Positions 1-13,034 of a stretch of DNA of 64,000 nt are shown one piece after another. Below the pieces are notes generated by a model that did no database searches, was not told the origin of the DNA, and saw only the letters and a program-made list of their open reading frames with translations. The number at the start of each line of letters is the position of its first letter. Positions within the stretch are counted from its first letter, which is position 1. The DNA is from Raillietiella orientalis (Eukaryota). The translations under genes were made by a program, and so were the position numbers. The stretch spans positions 434,001 through 498,000 of the forward strand of contig JAYWIR010000015.1 in assembly GCA_036172245.1 (NCBI GenBank). The letters are read 5' to 3'.

Positions 1-3000
1 GCTATGCCAGGATGGACTGCTGGACAGATTATGAGGAATTCCCTTGGACACTGTGCTGCGCGACAAAATTTTGGACTAGAAATTCCGTCCACAATTCAAC
101 GGACGCTCCGCTTATAAGGGAAATCAGGAAGACACCGGACTTCTCGAGGACTTGGGTCGAAAGCCTATAAGCACATGTGTATCGGGTTACTCCTGCTGCA
201 AACCCGGATTCCCTCCTTGGGACTCTAGAAGGAAGCCGCTTGGAACGTTCGTCGGGCGCCGAAACGCGTGCAACTTGGTCGTCATGGAAAGAGCAACGGG
301 TTCGTTTCGGGATGCTCCCCGGCTGAAGATTCGCATCAGCGTGTTCCACCTCCCGCTCATCGTAGGACGAATGACCACTCCCAGACCTACACCGAAGAGT
401 AGCAGGAAATACCCATCCCTATTCGGAACTCACTCTAAGAGTTTCCTTGAAGGAGAGCACGTCGACCTGAAGCGCGAAAGTTGAAGCGCTCCTGGGCACA
501 TCTCGTCCCTGAAATCTCTTCTTAATGCTGCAAAAGTCCTTCCGAGTTTTTCGAAAGTGGAGGAACCCGAAAATTACACCCAAGGCAGCGCGGTTTAAAA
601 AATACCCCCTTCACCCCAGTTTTAAAACGGGCAGAACCGGAAAACCACCGACGCTCTTGAAAATTCAACGGATAATGTCGTGCTGCTGATGGAAATCATG
701 AAAAGATCAGTGGATGCGAATCAAGGGATGTTAGAAGACGTGCTTTCTTTATGGAGCCTCAGCACCAGAGGCTGCGCACAAATATCCAGGTGCGCTTTCT
801 TCTTCCTATACTTTCGTTTTGCCATGCAAAGAAGAATTCCACCGTTCATTTGGCTGCTGTTTTTTTTGCAGTTGATACTGCAGAGTTTTTACTTTGTCTC
901 AAAAAAGATGCTCCATAATGAGACAATACTGTACTCCGGATTTGTTGCCGACAGTGTCTGAATTGGGAGCATTTGCTTATTCTTTAACCGATTTTCGACT
1001 TTTAGAAGCACAAAATTTTTTCGAGATACTGTGTTGAGTATGTCTGCATTCCTGGATTGATACCCGGTTGCACCGGGGCATTTTATTTATCAAAAACATA
1101 AATATGCGAGTCAGTATTATACCAAGCGTCCTGGTCCTGCCACGTTACACATATATACAAGAAGAAACCTGCCGAGCACCGGCACGAAGGCCGGCGAGGT
1201 TCGTCTCGGCAGCAGAGGGAGAGAGGAAACAAACAAAAACAAAAATAATGCAACAAAGAATATGGACAAAAAAACTGGGAGGGTTCGGGAAGGGATCACC
1301 GGATGCTGGAGGACGTCTTCTGCATCCATACCGGCAAGTTCCTGTTTTAGGATCTCCAGATAGGGCCATCTTGAGGCTGTCCTCATGAAGAGGACGGCAA
1401 AATAGATGGCGTCCCTATCATTTTCTCCCCCTCTTTCTTTGTTGCTCCTTGCAGCCACGATCCCGCGTAGGCAGCACAGTGCTGCTAGGGATGCGGCCGG
1501 CGTAAGGGAGTCGCACAGAGAGGCGCTTCACGACGTCTCTGGGGCTGCCCTCGGGGATCCGCAGGGACGCGGCAAAGCTTTCCCATAGGGACGGGGGGCG
1601 ACAGAATCCATTAGCAGGTGCTGGAGAGACTCTCCGTGCTTCTGCATTGGGGAAGACCAACTGCCCTTGTCCTTGTGCACCACGGTATAAATGTTCTGAA
1701 GTTTCTGCAAGTACCTCCAGATGCGTTTCTGGTTGCAGCCAAACCATCAAACCTGTTGGTTGTAATTGCAAAGCCAGCGAGGAATGCGGAAGTTTAACCT
1801 GTGAAAGAGGGCTGTGCAAGAGTTGTAGCCAGTTTTGGGGTGTCGAAGGCTTGTCTTTGTTTTTTCTAACATCGATTGTGCAAAACGTCTCACATATTCT
1901 TCAAGATTTTGCGAAACACGGCCACAGTATGAAAAATCGTCAGAATCGGTGTACTGTCCTTGCAAATATCCATGGCTGTGGCTTGTGGACAGGGGAAGAT
2001 TCCTTCCTGTGACACGAATGAAAGAGAGCTCCTTCCGATGCCGACAACGCGCTTTGCTTTGTTCTTTGAGCATTCATGGACGAAGACCAGTGTATCGGTT
2101 AATCTGGAGTCGAGAACTCCTTCGCTATCGGACGATCGATCCCTGAAGCTGCGGAGTTCCTTCCTTGCTCCTGAGGTCTAAACCTCTCGATTCCCCCCTC
2201 CCCCCCCCGCCTTTGGATTTTCCTGTCTTTGCATCGGCCTCTTGGTCTCAGCGATGCTTTTTGCTTTGCCCATGAGGCTGCTATGCGCATTCACTTCCTC
2301 ACCGTTTTAGCTCCTACGCTGCGTCTCTGGAATCCAGCATGGGATTCTGCTTCAGATTCCAGATGGGTTGCTTTCTTATTCCACTTTTCGACGGTCTGAC
2401 CTAACGAAAATACGCGTCCGTGGTTCTCATGACGAGGTCAACAGATCGCTTGCCCATAATGAAATGTAGCTGCCACCAGAGATCAAAATCCATCCAATCC
2501 ACGGAGCTTCCAGCGCAGCACCCTCAATTCCGAAATAGTGGAAAAGTGTTGTATGGTTCTGGTGAGATGGGGCGATTGGGCGACGTGATAATGGGTTTGG
2601 CACGATGGCAACATAACGAAGGCTGCGCCTGGCTTTTTAAATTGCCAAGAGAAAACTACTGGATCATTCCAAAATGATGATTTCGTTTCGCGTGCCCAGC
2701 GGAAATTGAGTTTGCAATTAAGCTGACAAGTCTTTCCGCTCGGGAATGGGGAGGCAGCTGAAATTCCATCTCACTCCAGGAACTTCGCAAAATGGATCGC
2801 TGGCTCTTCCAAAAGATGCGAAAAATCGAAGTTCCGAAGCAGAATTTCTGCCGGGATTTTAACAGTCGCAGCACGCTGTGTCTGAAGTGTGGGGAGCGGG
2901 CAGGTTTCCATGTCCACCTCGCCACGGGGAGCGTCAGGGCGGCCACGGGAAGCGGGGAATTGCAGGGAAATCAGCGGCTCGATGCTGGGTTTCGCGAGAG

Positions 3001-6000
3001 CAAAGGGTGGTACAGAAAAATGGGAGCAGCGCTGTCAGTACGTCCGAAGAAGAGCGATGAGTCGAAAATTCGCAGTTTCCAAAAACTGACGGCTGCAGCC
3101 GCTCTGAACAGTGCTCCCTCTCAGGCCACGGGGACCTGAGGAAAATTATGCAGAGCCTGGAAATTATTCTGAGATAGTAACGAAAGCGGCCTAGTGGAAA
3201 ACCGACGCTTCTCTATCTAGGAAGATGAGGTGGATACCCAGAGGATCCATGCTTGACGTATATGAGATCGCTACAATGTGCCACAGGGAATACGAAATCT
3301 ATGCAAAGACCTCAGTTACTTTGATGCAACTTTGACATCTTAACCTCAAGGCTTACTGCTGTCCTCAAGAGCAAAGAACAGCTGAAAAACTCATTGCTAG
3401 GCATCCTACAGAGATTACATGTACGCTGAATAATCTTAGTAAGCTGTGCTTTAACTGGCGTTCATCAGTTGGCACTCCGTCATTTTCAGCTTAATTTTGG
3501 ATCAAATTTCGGCTGGATTCTTGAATTTCCTTGCGTTCCTAAAAACATCTGCATCCAAAGTGCAAGCTTCCGTATTCGCAATCCTTTGATTGCTGAGATC
3601 GCCTTGAATGAATAATGACGTGCATGTGTATTCAAGCATGCATCCATCCCAACAAATGCAGCTCGCGGAAGAAGGAAAACATCCATCCAGGACCAGAATT
3701 CAGAACGGCTGAATCATTTCCTGTTGAACACAACTGAATTCACCCGGATGAGGAGCTCGGCTGGATGGTGATCGATCGAGAAGCACAAGTAATGTTGCTC
3801 TTCTCAGAGTAAATGAAAGGCTGGAAACTGGATGCCATTACTGCCAATGCGAGTGTGCGTCTTCCTTTTCACAAATTTTCTTGTGCGGATAAACACTTTC
3901 CGGAAATCGGCATCCGAAGACATCCAGTGAGAGCTTCAGATGTCGAGGTTTCACGACTTCAACGGAGACACGGCCTGGGTCCAGCGACCTTGTTTTCTAT
4001 TCTCCCATTTCGACTTCTCGATCTCTTTGATGAATTCTTGCAACTAAAGTCCCCAACAATTTTCATAAAACACGAAAAGCGTTCAAATGTGAACTTGATT
4101 TGATTGGTTCGTCCACTTCTGCAAAATCCTATCGAACCACACTCGTACTGATGCTTCGAGCCACGGTGATTTGTCTTCTTTGCTCCTTGGAGAACTCGAA
4201 CGAGCTTGCGGAAACTTCCCACTTGCATCGTAATCAAGAAGAATAAGAAAATGTCTCCTTCCTTGTGGCTCGACATCGAGTGACCATCTTTGCAGATGAC
4301 ACTCGGTTGACCCTCGGAGATTTGAACTCCCTGTTACTTTCATCTGGAACTTGCTCTAACTTCTGTTACTTGCTCTAATTCTCGTCATCCGCCTAGCCGA
4401 GCTCTGCTGATTCGCTCCTTTCAGCTGATTCATTGGGTTTGACCTCCTAAAGGGCATTCCTTGAGCTTTTCCCCAGGACTGAGATGCAAACAGATCTTCC
4501 GGAAGCATTTCCACGTATTGAGTTTTTGCTGATCGGCGACGGGAATCCGATCGGTTCCGGGTTGGTTCGATTTGTTTGTGGCTCGCATCTTCGTATGCAC
4601 TGACAGAGTTGACTTGCAGCATACGAAATTCCAACAGCCGGTTGGAGCAAAGAAACTCCCAGTTGCTGCTGCTGCTTTTGATAATCTGCTGTCAGTTTTG
4701 CTATAAATTAGTCCTTCTGCTTATTGCTCAGTGTCAGAATTAGAAGAGCCGATAGTCTAGTAAATCGCTCTTCGCTTCCAGCTCTCTGTTCCTAGGTTCC
4801 GCCTTCATCGGCCTTGGACTTTAGCGACTGAGGTCCTCGAGGGTAGTCGAATTTCAAGCGCTGCTGGTCGGCAGTGTTTTGCTTGGTTGGATCCACGCTT
4901 GCAACCTGCGCAACTCCTTCAGGTTGTTGTCCTGAAGAATTGCAAATTTTAACCTTTTATAAGGGACTCCTGAGCAGTCCCGAGTTTCTTCAGAATCTGA
5001 GTTACCTCGTTTTTATAAAAAAAATCATCTCGAGTAAATTTGCTCTTTGGGGGGATTGCATTGCACATGCGATGCTACTCCTCCATATTTTCCATCCGAA
5101 ATCAGTCCTTCTAACCTCTGAACGTGGAGCATCGACGACTATCTTTAGTCATCATTTGCGAGTTCCTTGCTACCTTTTCAATTAGATGGGCGATTTTAGG
5201 GTTTTGTCGCTCTCTGAACTTCAGGACTGAATCGCAAATCATATTTTGAGCAGAAGAGCTGCATTTTCTGTCTACACAGCTTTTATGCATCTTCGATCCT
5301 CTCTATCCCTTCGACTCAACCATCCCTTTTACTACTCCTCTTAGCTGATTTTCCACTTCGTGAGAAGATTCGAACCAACGGATTGGGTTGATCCGCTGCT
5401 TCCTCACCTTCCTGATGCCATTTCCGAGCCAAATCTAGCTCGGATTCATCGTGACAGCATGAAATCTTATCCAAAACACGTCTGAAAATTTGATGGATGT
5501 CCTTGCAACTGTTGTCGCTGAAGCAATTAGTCACATATATTGTCAAATGCAGTTATACTCCAGAGAGAGAGAGAAAGATGGAGACATTTCTCGCTAAATA
5601 TAGAAGTACGTGCAGCTACCATCTCGGGGAAAGGAAAACCACCTTTGGATTCCATGGGGACTGAGCAAACAGGTGATCCTAAGATGACTTCTGATGTGTT
5701 CCATCATGGAACTCAAGCCACAGCACTAAGAGGATCACACCGTGAGAGGAGACCACGAGATCAGGGACCTTGGGACTCCGGTGTGATTCTCTCAACCCTT
5801 CGTCGGTAAGTATCCTTTGGAGATTCCTACCACGGAGACCTGAACTCGGCAGCTTTTCTTCTAAGAAGAGCATCGCAGATTCAGACACTCCCAGCAGAAG
5901 GCGCACATTTACCACATCCAAAGAATTCCTCAAGTCGGATTTTCAGGCAAAGTAATCAGGATCTGTTGTGCTTAATGAATTCCCCTCCTGGAACGTTGCT

Positions 6001-8313
6001 GATTTCCTTCGGCGAATGAAAGTCACTCCTCCTCCATGAAGTGACTGCGTAAGAGGAGAATTCAGAAGCAACTGAAATGCACTTCCTTGAAGATACGGAC
6101 GTGTATTTAGAGGATGGGAGGATTACGTGTTCCAGGCCACGCTGTTCGTGAAACTGTCACGTTCGCACTTCGTGTGAACCGGAAGACGATCGAGGGTGGC
6201 TGCTCGTTCGCCGATGCGAGGCGGTTCCAACTGATCCCTGAGACAGAATCAGGAGCAAACTCGATTCTCAGGACATTCCTCTGAGATCGTCTGCCACGAG
6301 GCCAATTGCAAGAACAGTTCTCTTACTCGGCCCTCTCGGGATCGCGTCTTACAGAAGTGCCAGTCAACGTGTCCAGATGCTTAACATCGAAAGGTAGCGA
6401 GCATATCAGCGATTCATTTCGGTCCTGTGGGAATAATGAGCTTCTCATAATTAGAACCAATTTCGAATTCCCTATGCTGTATGAACCGCAGCTGCTGGGT
6501 AAACCCAAATTGGAACGTGCTGCAGATTTTTCCTTTCAGTAATTGGTAGAATAACTTAAACAGTGGCGAGATTCTGAACTTATTCATTAAAAAAGAAAAC
6601 AAAGATAGGTAATAATAAGATGGGAACCGTTGTGCTGCACAGTGATTCAACATTGCGGTGCACCTCCATGCAGTTTGCTGAAAGCACGCAAAGACGTGCA
6701 TACAAACTCAGCAGTGTACAGCGGTCTCAGGGGCGGAACGAATCTCCAGAATGGTCTCGGACCTTGGGCTTCAAAAGTGCGATTGTGTGCGTGTGATTCG
6801 AGCGAGATGTTTGGCGGCGAGGGTGAAGCCCCACAAAACGATCGTGTAGATGGAGGCATAGCGTGTGCAAGCCCCAGAGTATTTCGAGCACGTCACCAAC
6901 CGTTGTAAAAAGGGGAAGAAAGAAAGAAAAGAGGAACAAAGGGTGCGATTTGTACTCAGCTTACGTAACTTCGAGCATCACACTGAAAAGCCGCGCATTG
7001 GAAGCACCATTGGGCGATGCAGTGGACTTCTTACGTTTCGGGGACGTGGATCAACACATCACCCATTACAATTACAACGGAATCCATGTTAAGATTCGGC
7101 TACTAAATAAACAGCTCACGGAAAAGCATGCAAATCAACCCTCGGTTCTTTAATAGCACACGTAATGAAGGAAACAGATTTTCCTTCCATCCTGCCGTAT
7201 AATCTGTTTAATTTTGTCTCATGGCAACCCTTTGATCTCTGGTGCTCTGGACGGTTGCGCCTCGTGCGGTTTCCAAAGAGGTGTCGTGTTTTTGCTCTCG
7301 CTCATACAGAGTTTTCATCTCTTTCTCAATGTCTTCCACCTCCGTCGCTGGTAATCGCAATCTCATCTCAGAGACGAATGACACGGGGAACCGGAAATTT
7401 GGTACCAGCGGCGGTTACAGAGGCTGCTTTCAGCGGTCGATTTGGATGCAGAAACTGGAGGCACAGAGGATACAGCAGCCTCCTTCATCGCATGAGCTGA
7501 AGCTCTCCCCACGTGGAATTTAGAGTGGAGCTCCTGAATCTCCATGGAGAAGAGAGTCGTTGGCTTCCAGAACATTCGAGCCGAATCCCTGAGATCGAAG
7601 GTGCTCAAAAGAACAGCCGTTCGGAGAAGCTGAAAGAACTGGGATCATTCGAGAATGGGGCTGGAGTAACTGCATTTGACACTCAATGTTTGAGAAACAG
7701 TCCATTTCAGAAGTGCAAGGATGTCATTTCGGCAGCCAGGCAGCGCTGCCTAGGCAACTAACCTCTTGGATCTAGCGCACTTCTCCAGCCTGTGGCTGGT
7801 TGCAGGGTAAGAAATCTTTCGAACGACCTTCCGGATTCGGGAACAAACGCGGTCCCGCCGACACTGCTTTTGGGGGGATGATATACTGCGTAACCCCTGT
7901 GGCTTCGGCCGCAAATGTGGCTCATCGTCGGAAAGCATCTGATGCAGGTGATGCGCCAAATTCGACTTCTGGTCGAACTGAATCTTCTCCCCCTCCAGAG
8001 TGATTGGGTTTCGAGTTCTGCGCTCGGCCACAGGAGATGCCAAACTGTGGATTCTCTTCCTGCCCAGATACTTCTTCCACTTTCCGTCTGAAACACGCCG
8101 TGTCTGCAACTCATTTTGGTCCCACGGAAGACGAGAGAATCTCTGTGTTCTTTTTCAACAGCACTCTCCACGTTTCCTTATCCCGGATTGCTAGCAGAGA
8201 TGCTGGTTCGTTTTGGGTTTGTACGCAAAGTATTCCCTCAACTATTCGTCGTGAGCCACTGGAAATCCCGAGGTTCTCTGCTTGCTTCGTGAGAACCAAA
8301 TTACCCAACTTTC

Positions 8314-8500
8314 GCCATGGAGACCGCGTTGGCCACCGCGGGCTCCTTCGCGCGTGGCACCGAGAGTCGCGGGTTCGAATCCGGCCCGGGGAAAGATTGA
8401 CGTCCGGTAGTGGGGAATGCGTCATAGTTTTCGAATCCCCTTCGCGAAATGACTCTGTCTGGCCTTTATAGGCTTCGGGTGCGGTGCTGATGGAAGCCGG
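8314..8500 (+). mobile_element. tRNA-derived SINE-like element copy A, 5' head
   Basis: B-box GGTTCGAATCC at 8372-8382; CGCGTGGCACCGAGAGTCGCGGGTTCGAA aligns with the heads at 13035 and 55673 (-). Confidence 0.65.
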
Positions 8501-8504
8501 GCGG

Positions 8505-10080
8505 TCCCGTTGACTGGCTGGAAATTGAGCGGATTCCGAACGGTGGACACGGCCAAGTATCTGGGAGTCTACATCGGCGACGACTCAGCGTCGAAGCTGC
8601 TGTGGACAGAAATCCTAGGGAAAACGGCCAAGGAAGCAGCGAAGTACACCCGTCTGGACATCGGCATGAAGCGAAAGGCCAACCTCTGGAATGGAGTACT
8701 CCTTCCTAAGGTGCTCTTCGGAGCGGCCTTCGCTAGAATGAAGAAGGAGACCACCCGAGAAGTGGAAAAGCTGCAAAGGAAAACACTGTGGGGGCACTAC
8801 CGCCCAAGAGTTCGTCTGAAACCCCTGTGTCGTCCCAGAGAAGAGGGCGGTTCCAGGATGAAGTCGCTTGCACACTCCATGGAAATCATGGATTCGCGAC
8901 ACATCCTGGGTATCGCTACTCACTGGGATGACTGGCCGTACGCGGCGCATAGGACCTACGCGTTGTTATTGAACAACTCGAAAGGCCTGATGACTGCGCT
9001 GCTAGGCCGAGCAGGAGAATGGATCAACATCGACCCTACCTGGAGGAGGAAGCAACGGCTGGTGCGCAAGCACAAGATGAAGATAGTGCCGAAAAGCAGG
9101 GAGCTCTGGCAGGAGGAATCCATCCTGGTGATCCCGTGGATGCTTCCGGTCCCTCCGGACACGAGAAGCAGGATCTACCAGCGGCCCAGAGTTACCCTGC
9201 AAAGAATCCAGGAATGGCGACGAGGAGATACCTACATCACACTCGCATACTTCGGTATATAGAGATGATGCTAGGCAGATTCACCCATATGACCCGCGAA
9301 GTGTGGATAAACCACAACGACTTCGCGTGGTCTGGGGTAACCAAGATGAACCTCCGGAAGATTATCAAGGACCAGGACCAAGACACCTGTGCCCTCCAAG
9401 AAGCCGCCGATCGCTACGGGAGTGACAGGATCAACCTGTTGGCGATCGGCACGACTCTCTGGAGTAGTGACCTTCCGCCGAACATCCAGGACAACCTCCT
9501 GATGTTCTATCACGGAGGAATCCTGAGCGGGTCCAGGGTAAAGCACGACACTAGAAGACGGGAAGACGAAGACTGCACGGCATGTGGTGACATTGAATCA
9601 AGATTACATATTTTGACGTGTCCCACATTGCTCCACGACTGGCTATCCTGAAAAGGATCATTGGACTCACCACCAGCTCCACAATGGAGATCCTCGCTGG
9701 AATGTTTCAGGGAGATGGTAATGTTCCCTGCTACAATCCCATGGTGAGGACGACCATTGCTCTCTTCATCACCGCCATACTTGTGCGATGGTGAAAGATG
9801 AGGAAAGCCAGGAGAGCCATACCCCCGATGGAGATCCTGCAAGGACTCATCAAGTGGGAAATCGGTATCAGGAACTGTGAACGAATCCATGCCTGGACGT
9901 ACCGATTCATCCTGAAGAGGATTGAGGACGACGCCCGGGACCAAACATCTGGAAACCCACCCTGAATGCAGAACTTGCGACACTCCAAGGACTTCCAAGT
10001 GAAAGTGTAAGGTATGAATGAGTAGTGAATTGTATGAATGGAAAATTGTAGTATGAATGTAATATAAGAAAATAAATTTA
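8505..10080 (+). mobile_element. 5'-truncated non-LTR retrotransposon, L1/Tx1-like, decayed
   Basis: RT end motif KYLGV, thumb LCRPREEGG, C-terminal CTACGDIESRLHILTCP (CCHC, zf-RVT-like), W*KMR at the IWxxRN position; 3' UTR with three GTATGAATG copies and AATAAA at 10071-10076. Confidence 0.85.
8510..9965 (+). pseudogene. ORF2 C-terminal remnant of the LINE (RT thumb plus zinc finger)
   Basis: Needs frameshifts near 9250 and 9643 and has an in-frame TGA at 9792-9794; ends at TGA 9963-9965. The RT catalytic core and endonuclease are absent. Confidence 0.8.
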
Positions 10081-10544
10081 CCCCACCCCTTGTGGGACTT
10101 GGGGAAAAATGGAATTGGAATTCGACCCTCCGGGGTCCTTCCAGGAGTCAAGGAGCAACGGTTCCCTTCTGTATTCCCTTCCGGCTTCCCCCTTGGGGGA
10201 GAAACCTCCATGGAACTGGTCGATACTCCCCTCGGGGAGTTGCCTCTCCGGAGTGTCAGGAAGTGCGTCGCTCCCTTTGGGGAGAGCCTTTCAGAGAAAT
10301 TTGGAAGCGTCCCTTTGGGGTTCTCTTCAGAGGAATAACAAGGAGCGGTTCCTTTACGGGTTCCCTCGGGAGAAGAAACGAGCAGCTCCCTTCGGAGATC
10401 TAACCCCAAGGAACGGACCCCTTCCTCCAGAGTCCCTTCCTGGATTCATGGAGTGATCCCTCCAGGGTTACCCATCTACCATGAAGAGTCACACGCACCC
10501 TCGGGTGGCGTGGACAGTGCTAAAGAGCTCGGTGAGCCCCTCGC
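10081..10544 (+). mobile_element. SINE-like element copy A, body and tail (downstream of the LINE)
   Basis: Collinear similarity to 13210-13750, e.g. GGGTTCTCTTCAGAGGA, CTTCCTGGATTCAT, CCTCRGGTGGCGTGGA. Confidence 0.7.
10259..10400 (+). repeat. Same ~40-bp tandem module (3-4 units) inside copy A
   Basis: Units start at about 10259, 10303, 10342 and 10380. Confidence 0.6.
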
Positions 10545-12524
10545 AAGGAAACGAAAGGTTCTTCAGCACTCAGCGAATCAAAAAAAAGGAAAGCTGGAAG
10601 GAAAGTAGCGCAAACGGAAGAACCCCAAAGGATTTCTACCACCATGAAAGCACACCAAGGCATAAGCATGTGGCTGTGAGGTCCAGTGTTGATTGTTACT
10701 CGGTCACCCTGATGAGGTTATTCCTCAAGGAAATAAACACACAAAGTAGGAAATGGAGCCCCTGGAAGTTCAAAGGGGGGTGAAGCGCCACCATCTAGGC
10801 GCAGGTCGGCTTTACAGAACGGCTGGGGAGAGTTGGAAGGATGAGGTGATAAATGAAAGTAAATAAATGAGGGAGACTGGTTCATTCCGGCCGCGTCTCT
10901 CGCAGCCTCAATATGACGTAGGTGGCGGCACGATCCTTTGCTTCTTGTTGCTGCTTGTGAGGTCACTTCTCCAGCCTCTACATCATGGAGAAGATGGAGG
11001 GCACGGATCCTTGCTGAGCGCCTCCCCGACTCGCACTGGGAAACCACACCCATCCTGACGATGACACGGGATCGATCATCGCGAGAGAAGCAGTGCCGCG
11101 GCGGTGTTTATGGGAAGAAGCGGAGGTGGCTCCGAGGAGCTGCCAGCTCGTGCAGAGTGCACCACACTACTTCCTCGCGTCAAAAGATTTTCGGCAGCGG
11201 AATCCATGTGTCCACTGGAACTCAGCGTCCCTGGTACGTTTGCAAACTGTACACTGTCTGCCACGTCTGCCTCATGGACAGTGCCGAGCTCGTTTGCGGA
11301 TCTTCGAGAGATGTTTCGTGCTCAAAAGCACAGACAGAACAGAAACGAGGGCTTCCCTCTGCACATCGGCTCGCCGAGAATAGAGGCTGCAAAGAAAGAA
11401 GGATGCAGCAATGAAGACATATGCCGGATGTAACCGCAACAAGCGGATTCTTGTGGAAGCTCGAACTTTCCTGGAGGACAGGATGAGAGAACCAAAGTTC
11501 AGCAGGAAAACTTTAAAAAACAGGACGATCTTATCTTTTTGGCTCTTCCCTCGTCTCGCGTCATGCTGAATGCTAAATGAAAACTTCTCAGTCATTCTCA
11601 GTCAGTCAAAAGAGGGGGGGATGAAAATCACGAGAAAAGGAAGGTCACACAAGGATTGATATTATGATTAAATCATGATCAACTGGCGATGCAAGTATCT
11701 TGAGGATCGTTTCTAAAACAAGTGAAAGTAAGTAAGAAGATTACGCGTATGCCTTATTCCCTGATCAGAGAATGCTCCACCATCTTCATGGTAACGCTTC
11801 CGTTTGCATGAAATTTAACAGGGCGAAAGTTCCTGAAGGAGGAAATTTAGTTCGGAAGTTACAAGACGTTGCGATTTTACTCGGAGTATGGGCAATCCAA
11901 AATCGGAGAGAGGCGTCATTCCCATGTTTTCCGTCTCACCATCCCTGCCTTTAACGCAAGAAGAGTACCCTTCCGTCTGGTGAGTGAATAGCATAAAGAA
12001 GCTGGCTTAGAATCCTTCATACACGAGGTGCAAGCAAGGATGCCAGTTCACTTCACTTGGCATCCTGAAGATATCGAATTCACACGAAGTAATGGGTATT
12101 TTCGTAGTCGAGAAGAAAGAAACGCAAGGCGTGGTGTCGTATTCTGTGATCTTGGAAATGAAGATCACCCGAACCGCACCTCAGCTCAAATGTGGGCTCT
12201 TTTTCTTTTTCTGTAGGAGGGAGAAGCTACTTTACAAAATATGGAAATGAAGGGTGATGAGGAATACTTTGCTGATTAATAGCGTGGAGAAATCTCAAAC
12301 GCATGCCACTGCCTACCCTGCGTATTCGTCTGCTCGGTAGAAAAATCAATCGAAGTTTCGGATCAGATTTGACTTCCTAGGTGTTCCTCCCACTAGGCAA
12401 AAGCAGCAAAACTTCATCGAGTAGTGACTGCAGATTTCGAGTTATTCATTTGAAACTGATGCTTTCTGTGCCGCTATGTACGGTCTTTCCACAGTCGTGC
12501 TTTTATGGTCTTTACAGAGCATCT

Positions 12525-12559
12525 GAACTTTAAATGAGTTGCTAGCTCATTTAAAGTTC
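12525..12559. repeat. Inverted repeat, 14-bp perfect arms
   Basis: GAACTTTAAATGAG-ttgctag-CTCATTTAAAGTTC. Confidence 0.85.
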
Positions 12560-13034
12560 TTTTTCTCACTCTTCGAAATAGTAGACCAGCTGCGAAGTAC
12601 ACTCTTCATTCTCTCAGCTGTTTTTGTGATAACTATTCCGCTTTTCGCCTCTTCTTCTTAGTAGACTACATCCTTTAGTGTTAATGGTTTCCACGTGTTG
12701 CTATGGCTGTTGCGCTTCCTCAAATCTTTCAGATCTTGGAGTGTTTCTAAACCATTATTGCAGAAAATGGGTGATGTACCACAGTACATATGTGTGGCTT
12801 TTGTTTCATGGCCCTGCTGAAGAATCAAATCTGCATTCGTTCTCAATGTTCAAGCGAATGCGTGAAGCAAATGTTAGATTTTTTTTTTTTTCCTATTCTT
12901 CTATATCTTATGCAAACAAATCCTTCTTTCTTGGAAATCTCAGGTCTCGTTACCACGGGTTACTTGCAGAAAACTTTCTGAATTCAAAATTAGACCTCGA
13001 ATTCTCAACAAACGCTGAAAAATTAATATTACCC

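Noticed and set aside
1..560. GC-rich, hairpin-rich stretch as a possible fourth SINE copy
   Set aside because: No convincing B-box head or CCTCRGGTG tail; similarity is only compositional.
1117..2290. Overlapping ORFs as a possible minus-strand gene
   Set aside because: No recognisable domain and no consistent splice model.
3800..6500. Ser/Arg-rich short minus-strand ORFs as possible exons
   Set aside because: Frames are interrupted by stops; no family motif recognised.
8314..8390. Genuine tRNA gene
   Set aside because: B-box is present but I could not fold a canonical cloverleaf and there is no oligo-T terminator; it continues into repeat body.
9510..10409. 299-aa minus-strand ORF
   Set aside because: Antisense shadow crossing the LINE/SINE junction; no protein motif.
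10709..10740. Hammerhead-like CTGATGA core (also at 13215)
   Set aside because: No correctly placed stem II-GAAA and no cleavage-site helices found.
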